From the NCBI GenBank assembly GCA_012800525.1, contig JAAZJD010000061.1, positions 25,935 to 89,934 of the forward strand: a stretch of DNA of 64,000 nt, written 5' to 3'. Shown piece by piece: positions 10,345 through 20,700 of the stretch. This DNA comes from Clostridiales bacterium (lineage in GTDB: Bacteria; Bacillota; Clostridia; Christensenellales; DTU072). The notes under the pieces were generated by a model. It searched no databases. It saw only the letters and a program-made list of their open reading frames with translations, and was not told the origin of the DNA. The first letter of the stretch is position 1; each line of letters begins with the position of its first letter. Made by a program: the position numbers and the translations under genes.

Positions 10345-11194
10345 TGGTATAATAAATGTTTACAAGGAAAAGGGAATTACTTCAGCAAAAGTGGTTTCCA
10401 TTATTAAGCATATGCTTAAACAGACTTGCCCTAACAACAGTGTAAAAGTTGGACATTTTGGGACATTAGATCCAGATGCACAAGGAATTTTGCCTATTGC
10501 AATAGGTAAAGCTACTAAATTGTTTGATTATTTTGTGGACAAGGATAAAAAATATAGAGTAATTGCTGAGTTCGGATACGAAACAGATACTTTAGATGCG
10601 ACAGGTAAAGTTGTAAAAAAATGCTCTATTGTTCCTACAAAAGATCAGATTGAAAAAAAGTTACTGAATTTTATCGGCGGATATAAGCAAATTCCACCAA
10701 AAGTTTCCGCAAAAAGTCTTCATGGGAAAAGAGCTTATGATTTGTTTAGAAGTGGCATTAAGTTTGAACTTGAGCCACAATTTGTTCGAATTAATGAAAT
10801 TGAGTTGTTAAATTATAGTAAATATTTAGATCTAATTATTAGTTGTGGCAAGGGATTCTATGTTAGGAGTTTTATAAAAGATTTAGCATTTTCATTAGGC
10901 GCACTTGCTACTGTAGTGAGTCTTGAAAGAATTGAAACGGGCCCATTCAACATAAAAAACTCAAAGAAGCTTGATGATATTTGTTTTGAAAAAGATATTT
11001 TAAGTGTAGAAGATGTTTTGTGCAAATTGCCCTCATTTCATATAGAAAAACAGTACTCAAAAAAAATACTTAATGGTGTCAAATGTAATATAGCTGAGGC
11101 ACCCGAGTATTTTAAGGCATATGTTGATGGTTTTTTTATAGGTATAGGAGAAAAAAATGATGGGCTTGTAAGCATTAAAATATGGCTATCATAA
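10328..11194 (+). CDS. truB: tRNA pseudouridine(55) synthase
   Basis: KVGHFGTLDPDAQGIL, GYETDTLDATG, QIPPKVSAK, CGKGFYVRS. Confidence 0.96.
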   Translation: MTKIYDGIINVYKEKGITSAKVVSIIKHMLKQTCPNNSVKVGHFGTLDPDAQGILPIAIGKATKLFDYFVDKDKKYRVIAEFGYETDTLDATGKVVKKCSIVPTKDQIEKKLLNFIGGYKQIPPKVSAKSLHGKRAYDLFRSGIKFELEPQFVRINEIELLNYSKYLDLIISCGKGFYVRSFIKDLAFSLGALATVVSLERIETGPFNIKNSKKLDDICFEKDILSVEDVLCKLPSFHIEKQYSKKILNGVKCNIAEAPEYFKAYVDGFFIGIGEKNDGLVSIKIWLS

Positions 11195-11215
11195 AAGTTA
11201 AATTGGTAAGATTTC

Positions 11216-12106
11216 ATGGATAAAAAGTATATTTTTGGATTTGGTTTTTTTGACAGTGTTCATATAGGGCATCAAAATCTTATTTGTAGGGTATTGAAAA
11301 TTGCAAAAGAAAGTGATTTGGAGCCATCAATTATAACCTTTGACGATGATTTCTATATGTTATTAAATAATCCTGATAAAAATATATATTTATCATCTGA
11401 AAGGGATTTATTGTTTAATTATTATGGTATTAATAAAATCGTAACTTTAAAATCATCTTCGACTTTAAATTTAACTGCTAAAGAGTTTTTTGAAAATTTA
11501 TTAAAAAATTACAAAATAGAACAAATCGTAGTAGGAGGAGATTTTAGGTTAGGAAAAGATCAAAGAGACATTAATTTTTTAAAAGAGTTCTGTGTTTCTA
11601 ATAATATACGATTAAACATAGTAAAACTCTTAAATATTAACGGAGAAAAAGTTTCGACCTCTACCTTGAGAAAATATATAAAAAATGGTGATGTTAAAAT
11701 GGCCAGCATTTTACTTGGAAGATATTTTGCTATTACAGGAGTTGTTGTTCCTGGTAGACAGGAAGGGCGTAATAATAAACTAAATACTGCTAATATTTTT
11801 ATTGAAGAGAAAAAAATAATACCCAAAGATGGCGTTTATGCGACAATTTCTGAAATTAATGGACAATTTTATAGGTCAATTACACATATTGGGGCTATTC
11901 CTACATATAATATTGACAAACTTGTTATAGAAACACATGTTTTTGATTTTAATTCAAACATATATAATAAAAATTTAAAATTATACTTCATTGATAGGAT
12001 TAGGGATGTAAAAACATTTTCTCAAAAGGAAGATTTGTATAAACAAATTGAAATAGATTCTAAACGGGCTAAACGTATAAAAATAAATAAAAAGTTAATT
12101 GTGTAG
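11216..12106 (+). CDS. ribF: Bifunctional riboflavin kinase/FAD synthetase
   Basis: GFFDSVHIGHQ, GGDFRLG, KVSTS, TAN, GVYAT, IETHVFDF. Confidence 0.95.
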   Translation: MDKKYIFGFGFFDSVHIGHQNLICRVLKIAKESDLEPSIITFDDDFYMLLNNPDKNIYLSSERDLLFNYYGINKIVTLKSSSTLNLTAKEFFENLLKNYKIEQIVVGGDFRLGKDQRDINFLKEFCVSNNIRLNIVKLLNINGEKVSTSTLRKYIKNGDVKMASILLGRYFAITGVVVPGRQEGRNNKLNTANIFIEEKKIIPKDGVYATISEINGQFYRSITHIGAIPTYNIDKLVIETHVFDFNSNIYNKNLKLYFIDRIRDVKTFSQKEDLYKQIEIDSKRAKRIKINKKLIV

Positions 12107-12325
12107 CAATAGGGGGTATTTATTTTTTTCGTTATGTTAAATATTGTTCTAAATTAGGTTGAAATACATAATAATACAAAAAAATAAAGCACATATGGTC
12201 GGCTTGTTTTTTTATTGAACTCTTTCTGCGAACAACAAGTGTTGCCCCCTTTTATTTTTTATATTTTTATCGAGATTAAGCTTGGGTTGTTGTCTTAACA
12301 ATTAAACTTGTGTAGCCTTAATCAG

Positions 12326-12354
12326 TTGACTATGAGCATCAAATTCATTAAAAT
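12326..12354 (+). promoter_or_regulatory. SigA-type promoter for M50 protease-scpAB
   Basis: TTGACT (12326-12331), 17 bp, TAAAAT (12349-12354); RBS AAGGA before ATG 12383. Confidence 0.65.
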
Positions 12355-12382
12355 TTAATTATTAAAATTTTAGAAGGAATAT

Positions 12383-13120
12383 ATGTTTGTTTATAAATTA
12401 ATTCAAAGTGGTATAGACACTATCGATATAATATTGATACTGCTTTCTTTTGCCATAGCTGGAACTTTTGCCGTTGTTTTACATGAAGTTAGCCATGGAT
12501 ATGCTGCTAAAAAAAATGGCGATTTAACTGCAGAAATTAACAAAAGACTATCATTAAATCCAGTTTCTCATTTCTCTCCAATGGGCTTTTTAATGCTTTT
12601 GTTGGTGGGATTTGGTTGGGCAAAGCCTGTTCCCATAAATCCTGACAATTTTACTAATTACAAGAAGGGGATGATTCAAGTTTCTATTGCTGGTGTCATA
12701 TCAAATATTATTCTTGCAATGAGTAGTTTGTTTTTGCTTTTTCTAGCATACATAACATTTTTCAGTATGTATGTTTCTAGTTCGCATATATCGGGTTTAT
12801 TTATTAAACTATTCATTTATTTATTTAAAGTTTCTTTGCAAATAAACATTTTTTTAGCAGTTTTTAACATTTTACCAATTTATCCGTTGGATGGGTATAA
12901 TTTATTGAGTACGATTTTGCCATATGAAACAGGCACAAAATATAAGCTATTCATGGTAAAATATGGTACATATGTGTTGATTGGTCTAATAATTTTTAGC
13001 AATATTATGAGAGCTTTTAATATTTGGTATTTAGATATTTTTGGTATGCTTGGACTGTTAGTTGATAAATTAGATGCAATAATACTTAAAGGAGCCTTTA
13101 GCGTTGTTACAAAATATTAA
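12383..13120 (+). CDS. Site-2 protease family (M50) membrane metalloprotease
   Basis: LHEVSHG (HExxH), FGWAKPVP, AGVISN, FNILPIYPLDG (NxxPxxxLDG); several TMs; usual neighbour of scpA. Confidence 0.93.
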   Translation: MFVYKLIQSGIDTIDIILILLSFAIAGTFAVVLHEVSHGYAAKKNGDLTAEINKRLSLNPVSHFSPMGFLMLLLVGFGWAKPVPINPDNFTNYKKGMIQVSIAGVISNIILAMSSLFLLFLAYITFFSMYVSSSHISGLFIKLFIYLFKVSLQINIFLAVFNILPIYPLDGYNLLSTILPYETGTKYKLFMVKYGTYVLIGLIIFSNIMRAFNIWYLDIFGMLGLLVDKLDAIILKGAFSVVTKY

Positions 13121-13904
13121 TCATGAAAATCAATTTAATATTTCATATTCAGAATTTGAAGAAAGGGTGCCTATCGAAGTACTGTTAAATTTGTGTAGTA
13201 CTAATAAGATTGATATTAGGGATATATTCATTTCTAATATTACTTCTGAATTCATTAAGTATGTGGAAAAAATGCAAAGTGAAGAAAGGGATTATGATGA
13301 AATTGCTGCTTTTTTAGTTTATGCAGCAAGGCTTATCGAAATTAAGTCTGCATGCCTTTTGCCTCTTAGTGATTTTGATGATGAGGAATTTAATCAGTTT
13401 GATTCTGATGAGTTGCTATTTCTAAAAGCAGAAGAATATAGAATGCTTCAGGAAGCATCATCAGATTTATCCAATAAAGAAATTTTAAATAGATTTTATC
13501 GTACTCCTGAGTTTACTGATAAAGATGTAACTATAATCGTAAAAGATGCAACTATTGATAAGATGATAGAGGCATTTAAATTGCTATTAGAACAAAATGA
13601 GGAAATTTTTGATGCAAAGTCTATACCAAAAGTTATTGAAAAGGAAAGATTTTCCGTATCAAATAGAATAGAATTCTTAGCTAAATATGCTAAAAATAAA
13701 AAAAATTTTTTATTTTCAAAATTAATAGATGAAGACTTCTCAAAAACTGAAAAAATTACAACTTTTTTAGCAATTCTTGAACTAGTTAAATTAAACATCA
13801 TAAGTGTAAATCAAGAGGAAAAAGATATTTTAATTAAATTTAACGAAGAACATTTAGATTTTAAAGTCGAAACTTTATTCGAAAATATAGATGATTATGA
13901 ATAA
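13104..13904 (+). CDS. scpA: Segregation and condensation protein A (SMC kleisin)
   Basis: TTG start after AAAGGAG; FLVYAARLIEIKSACLLP, ITTFLAILELVK. Confidence 0.92.
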   Translation: MLQNINHENQFNISYSEFEERVPIEVLLNLCSTNKIDIRDIFISNITSEFIKYVEKMQSEERDYDEIAAFLVYAARLIEIKSACLLPLSDFDDEEFNQFDSDELLFLKAEEYRMLQEASSDLSNKEILNRFYRTPEFTDKDVTIIVKDATIDKMIEAFKLLLEQNEEIFDAKSIPKVIEKERFSVSNRIEFLAKYAKNKKNFLFSKLIDEDFSKTEKITTFLAILELVKLNIISVNQEEKDILIKFNEEHLDFKVETLFENIDDYE

Positions 13905-13934
13905 CAAATAAATATTTAGGTAGGGTATTGAGTT

Positions 13935-14624
13935 ATGCAAAAAGATTTAAACCAAAAAGATAAAGCCAAAGAAACAATCAAAGCCTTGATTTTTGCAAGT
14001 GGCACAGGACTTGTAGTTGATAAAATTTATATTGAGTTATCTGAATTTTTTGGAAAAGAAATAATCGAAAGTGCAATTGCTGAGCTTGAAAACGATTTTT
14101 CAAAAGATAATGGAATTTTATTGATAAGGTATGGGAACAAGGTGCAATTTCAGTCAAACCCCCAATACGGTGAAATAGTATCTAAAGTTTTAGTAGAAAC
14201 AAAAGAACGTGAAATAAGTAAAGTATTGCTTCAAGTTTTAGCAATTATAGCTTATAAACAGCCAATAACAAGAGCTGAAATAGAGGATTTGAGAGGAATA
14301 AATCCTGAATATGCAATTTCTATGCTTTTACGACTGAATTTAATTTATGCTGCAGGACGAAAAGATACAATTGGAAGACCAATTCTTTATGCAACAACGG
14401 AAGAGTTTTTGAAAAAATTTGGTTTAAAATGCCTAGAAGATATGCCAAAGTATGATTATATAATGAATGAAATCAAAACAAAATATGAAATGTTGTACGG
14501 GGATTCAAGATTATTTAAGCAAAAAAATATCCCAAACGATAACGGAGAAGATGAAAATAATAGCTCAGATGTTGTTGAAGTGCCAGATTTTTTAGAAGGT
14601 GAAGATTTTTTGGAAATTGAATAA
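13935..14624 (+). CDS. scpB: Segregation and condensation protein B
   Basis: IKALIFASG, LAIIAYKQPITRAEIEDLRG, GRPILYATTEEFLKKFGL. Confidence 0.96.
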   Translation: MQKDLNQKDKAKETIKALIFASGTGLVVDKIYIELSEFFGKEIIESAIAELENDFSKDNGILLIRYGNKVQFQSNPQYGEIVSKVLVETKEREISKVLLQVLAIIAYKQPITRAEIEDLRGINPEYAISMLLRLNLIYAAGRKDTIGRPILYATTEEFLKKFGLKCLEDMPKYDYIMNEIKTKYEMLYGDSRLFKQKNIPNDNGEDENNSSDVVEVPDFLEGEDFLEIE

Positions 14625-14640
14625 ATTTTTATATGCTGGC

Positions 14641-14669
14641 TTTACTAGTATTTTATATTGAGTTAAAAT
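14641..14669 (+). promoter_or_regulatory. Candidate SigA promoter for the giant surface-protein gene
   Basis: TTTACT (14641-14646), 17 bp, TAAAAT (14664-14669). Confidence 0.5.
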
Positions 14670-14734
14670 ATTATATAATGAACTTGGAGAATAAGCTGTC
14701 TCATAGTTTAAAAGCTGAATAGGATGCAATTTTA

Positions 14735-17700
14735 ATGAAAGGGAAAGAAAAAACTAACCATATCAAAATCGTTATATTGCTAAGCATAGCATTTTTTATG
14801 CTACTATTTAAATTTTTCACTATTTCAATTTCATACAATCAGCCTATTAAAGCTGCTTATGCTGCAAATGTTATTACAGATGGAGCAGATTTTTGGTCAA
14901 CTTTTTATTCAAATGGTAATAATATAAGTGGAAACTATTCGTTACAAAATGACATAACACTTGATTACAGCAGTTTGCCTAACGATGAGTATATAAAGAA
15001 AAGTTTTAGCGGTGGAACTTTTGATGGTAATGGCAAAAAAATTACCATTACTGGTTCTAAAACACTGCAGTATTATGCAAATGCTAATTTGGATACAGTT
15101 CAAGATCTTGATATAGGGTTATTGTTTGGTAATTTATTGAACTATAAAGTGCAAAATTTAAAAGTGTTATTTGATGCAAATATACATATTAGGTATGAAA
15201 ATCCATCTGCCTATATACCTGACGAAAGGGCGGATGATATGAAAATATCAAGTGCGTATGTTGGCATTTTGTCAGGCAAATCGAGTGGCTCATCATCAAT
15301 GTCAGATGTTGACATTGAGACAACTGCCTCTTCTCGTCTTTTTGTAGAAGGTATTGACAATAAGAGCGGTTTTTCAGATAGAGAGAAAGCGGGATGGGGC
15401 TATAAAGATTGGCAATCACCTATAGATAGGGCTGTTAGTGCTACCGTGGCACTGGTTGTAGGTAGAAGCAATAATTTCACTTCTAATCAAATTTCTATAA
15501 AACACAATGGTCTTATTATATCTCAATCTCATTGCAAAATAGCTGGACAATCGTATGTTTACCAAAGTTCTGGTGGTGGACCCTCAAAGCAGTATACACA
15601 TAGCTCTGATTATGGTTCTCACGCAGCACTATTTGTGGGTATGGCAGATATAAATTCAACAACAAATCTAAATTATATTTCTATTGAAGGAACTGGTGCT
15701 GTTGTTACATTACTTAAAGCTGCCAGCAACAGCACTACTTATATTTTTAATGACTGTGCAGGAGTAGTGTCAGGGAAAATTTTAAGTGGAATAACGGCTT
15801 TTAATGTTAAAGGGTTGTTGTACAACTATAATGGGCGAGTTGTGGCTGCAACAGGGGTAGGTAATACTATAAAAGCTAGGCTCATTATTGGTGGTGGGGT
15901 TGATGCTAAAACTTCAATTAAATATTTTTTTAGAGATCAAACTGTAAATAATGGTAAAGTCGCTTCATACAATCAAATTAATGTTACGCCACCTGCATCT
16001 GTAGGTGGCGTAACAAGTAGTAATCAAATGTCTTCTATTAACAAAACGCTGTCTTTTGCAGCCACTGATAACTTAGGTTTTAGTGGAAGCATCGCAAGCA
16101 CAACTACAAACATAGAGTCACTAATTCCAGTACATGAAGGAAACACCAAAAACGATGCTCTTCTTACTAGTGCTATCGTAAAATATAAGGGATTTGAAAA
16201 AGTTACTGATACAGAGCGCAAAATTAGGATTTTCGTAGATTTACAAACTGCAAATAGATATCTCTCGGCTCTTGAATATAAAGCAAGTGCTAATGATACA
16301 CAATATATTTCTGTTTACGCTAATAAAGTTACGAGTTTTGAGTTTACTCTTAATCTCAATTATGCTCAATTAGAGCGCGTTTATACCTATATTGAACAAG
16401 TTTACATTAATGGTGTTGATTTTAAGATAGGAACAAATACATATTCTGGCAGTCATAGCTTTCAATACAATGGACAAACCAGTAATTTTAGCGCAAGTTT
16501 AGAAACTCAAGGAATAGTTTTCGGTTCAAACTTAAGATGGAGCATGTCGCATACGCCACGCTCTGGATATGATGCGGAACCATCAAACAGCAATCAAGCT
16601 TCTCTTACTTTATCCGTACCTAAGACAGCAGGGACATATAATTTTTCACTCAAAAAAGATGTCAATGGTGTATTGCAAAATTTGGCTGATGGCGATGTTA
16701 TTGCTGGGAATAGTGACACACATCCTTCAAATGTTTATACTTATTCTTCAGCTTATGTTTCTAATTTTGAATTTACACTTACTATAAACCCTATTGAGGT
16801 CACACTATCTAGTGGCTCTGGAACTTTATCAAAAGCATATGATGGAACTACTGCTTTAGGAGCAGCATTAGTTAGAGGGTTACATTATGATGTCACCGGT
16901 ATAATTCCAAGTGATGCAAGTGAGGTGGGGCTTGAATATACATCAGCAAGTTTTGCAGATTCTTCTGTAGGGTCTAACAAGACGATCACCATTTCAGGAA
17001 TAACTTTTAATCTTCCAAACTACACAACTCCAACTACGGAAATGACTTTTAATTCGGGACAAATTACAAAGAAAAAAATTGAATTTGAGTATACGTATGA
17101 CCCCAACGCTCAACTGGGAATGGATGGTGCGTATAGATACGGCTATATTGGTACAAAGATAATACCAGGTGTTGAGCCAGTTGGCGTTGTATCAGGTGAG
17201 CAAGTATCATTTATATCTAGGATTTATTTATCTAATAGTCCTTCTGACACAACGGTGGTTGATGCAATTGATGTTGGAACATATTATTTTAGACTCAGCT
17301 TAAGTGGAGGACATCAGGGTAATTATGAAATTAGAGATTTTGAAGCTACGCTTACAGGGAAACCATTCTATATAATAGCTAAGCAAATTGACATAGTATG
17401 GGAAGTTGATGGCGTTGATATTGGTACTCCCGAGTATACCCCTTTAATTTACAATGGAAGTGACCAAAGTGAGGCTGTTACAACTTCGAGTGATAGTATA
17501 TATGCTAGAGATACTTTATCAGGGCGAGAAATTGTTTGGACTTATGTAATTAAAAATGCCGTGACAAATGATATTGTAGATTTTATTGATTCTGGCGCTT
17601 ACAATATCGAGGCAGACTTAATAGTAACGGATGGAACAAAAAACTTTAAAAATTATACAATAAAATCGAGTACAAGTTTGGCTCAACTGACAATAGAAAA

Positions 17701-20700
17701 ATTTGCTTTTTCTTTACAATATCATTATAACGATGCTTCATTTTCAACATTGACATATAATGCAACTAATTTGAAAGTGCCGATTAAAGCTGTTCAACCT
17801 GCTGGAGAAGAACCAAGACTTCCTAGAATTGAGCTTGCTAAAGTAGTTTTAGACTATTACTTGGTTCAATCTGATGAATCGTTAGTAAAAATTGATTCTG
17901 CGACACCCTTAAAGAATGTTGGAAATTATAAAATTAAACCGACATATAGCAATTTAAATTCTAATTTTATAATTAACTCGTTAGCAAGTGAGTTTAGTTT
18001 TACTGTCGAGCCTAAAATTGCGAGGATAAATATACCTCAAAGAGAATTTATATATAGGGCAGCCAATATAAAGGGGTTAATATCTTATGAAACTCAAGAT
18101 ATTGAAGTTTCAGATCGCCAAAGTGTCTTTATTACAATTGAAATTCCTCTTCACCCAGAAATTATTAACGTTGGTGAATATGCTGGAACTGTCAAAATAT
18201 CTAGTCAAAATTATATCCCTGAAGTTTGGGAAAATGGTGTCTCCACTTATGATGATGATGTCAACATAGAGGTTACCCCATACGATTTATCTATAACTTA
18301 TCCCCCTTCTTATTTGATGCCGACAATTGAAGTGTCTAATATTCCTCAATATGAGTTTACTGGGGAAGATATTGAGCCTAATGTTTTTGTACAATTAAAA
18401 AATGGAAGTGATTTAATTTCAACTCTAGACAAAGATGTTGACTACTATTTAGAGTATTCGGATAATATTAGTGTTGGGCAAGCTACGGTTATAATCAATG
18501 GAAAAGGAAATTATAAGAACACTAAAAATGTTAATTTTCAAATAACAAAAATCAATTTGATTTTTACCTATATCGGTTATTCTCAATATACTTATGATAG
18601 CACAGATTTAAAAGACAATATAACATTCAACCTAGAAAAGAGTTTATCTGGACCTCAAGCTGCAACTGTAATATTAACATATTACTACAAAGGAGAAGGG
18701 CAACATGGGTATACTGTAACAGATAATGTTATAGACAGTGGTTCCTATTATGTTAGGAATAGCCTTGATCCAGATAATTCAAATAATGAAAATTATAATT
18801 TAAATTCAACGGATTTTAATTTCACTGTGGTAAAAAAGAATGTTAGGGTTTCATTTTCAAATTATACCAATTTAATTTTTGACGGGGAATCAAAATCAGT
18901 TAATTGTAATTTTTTGGATGAAAATCAACTTGGTGAAAATGATAAAGATGATGAAGACAAGGTAAAGATAACCATTTCATATACAAAATTAACAAAACAA
19001 GGAGAACTTGTACCGCCTGAAAATTTAACTAATGCTGGCTCTTATTATGCTAGGGCTAATTTAGTTGGCACAAAATCACATAATTATCTACTGGTTACAG
19101 AGACTATATATCAAGACTTTTTCATTTCAAAATTAGTGGTTAATCCTAATTTTACAATCGATACCGAAGATGGCATCATTATATATGACACACTTGATAA
19201 AAAGAATCAAATAATGATAGATAATAGTTCTGACAATATACCCGAAATTGATGCTTCACAAATATCTAGTTGGTATATAAGACAATATAGAAGAGAGATT
19301 GCTTCAGGAGTATATTCAGAGGTTTTAGCGAATGTAAGGAATGCTGGTACATATAGATTAGAAGTTAGTCTTCCAACATCAAGTAGCCAGCGTGCTTCTA
19401 ACTATACGGTAGCAGTTAACAGTAGATTTTTTACATTTACTATTGCAAAGGCTACAATAACGGCTATATTTACAAAAGATAATATAGGTCTTGGAGAGGG
19501 AGAAGATTCTTGGGAATATGTTGCGGAAGAATTAGATATAGGCACTAAATTTGATATAACTGGCGATTCCCAAGCCCCAGGGGCACAAGCGATGAAAGCG
19601 GAATTAGCTTTAATTCAATTGTCTCCTAATTTTTACATTATCGATTGTGAAGAAGAGATTTCTGTTGAAAATCCAATAAATGCAGGACAATATGTAGCGA
19701 AACTTGAGAACTTAGAGGGAACATTAAATAACTATATTATAGATGACAACATAGATACTGAATTCTTTTTTGAGATAACACAAAAAACCATCTCAAGTGT
19801 AGCATGGGGGCAAGGTGTAAATAATGGACCTTATACTGCCACAGTAAGAGAGATTGTTCCTAATTCTTCCGATGTTATTGAATCGGATTACATTTTTAGC
19901 GTTACTGCTCATAAGAGAATTAACCCTTCAACAGAGGTGGAAATTGAAATGTCTGATATAAAAGATAGTGGTCAATACAGAGTAAATTTGACTATTATTA
20001 GTTCTAATTATAAATTTGCTACAGGTGTTGAGACTGAAAAAATATTTACAATTAATAAACTATCAATACAATATGTACCTCCAACAAGGGAAGTTATTCA
20101 AGAGTTTGGTTCACAAGATATTCCTTATTCTTATGTCCATAGAGTTGCTTTTGGAGGATCGATTTTTGAAGATATAACGATTTCCCTTACTAGAATGCCT
20201 GGCAATGATGTTAGGCAAGAAAATAATGGAATATATCCTTATCAAACAGCTACTTCAACAAATAATAATTATGAGATAATTTTGTCTAATAACAATAATG
20301 AATACGGTGTAAGAATTGTAAAATACAAGCATACGGTAAATCCTAAATCATTTTCAAAATACTATGATGGTTCATCTACACCACCAGAATTAAAAGAGGG
20401 CATAATAATTAATCTAGAAAATCCTATGATAGGCACAATTGAATTTAGTCTTGTGTACAAGGTGCCGTTAGGTGCAACAGATGCAGGTTATTACAATTTA
20501 GAAGATTTTGACTGGGAAGAAGTGGAAGGCGGCGAGCATCCACATAAAAAAAATATAGAAATTATTATAGATACAAGAAATATGGAGAATAAATATCAAA
20601 TACACACTAAAGGTATTGAGATAAGTGTTCCTGAAGGTGGTATCATTGAATTCACCTATGGAACTGAAGTATACAAATCAGATTTATATGCTTATATGGA

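Noticed and set aside
12132-12142. TTATGTTAAAT, identical to the E. coli dif XerD arm
   Set aside because: No matching XerC arm; an AT-rich 11-mer is expected by chance; 18 kb from the strand switch.
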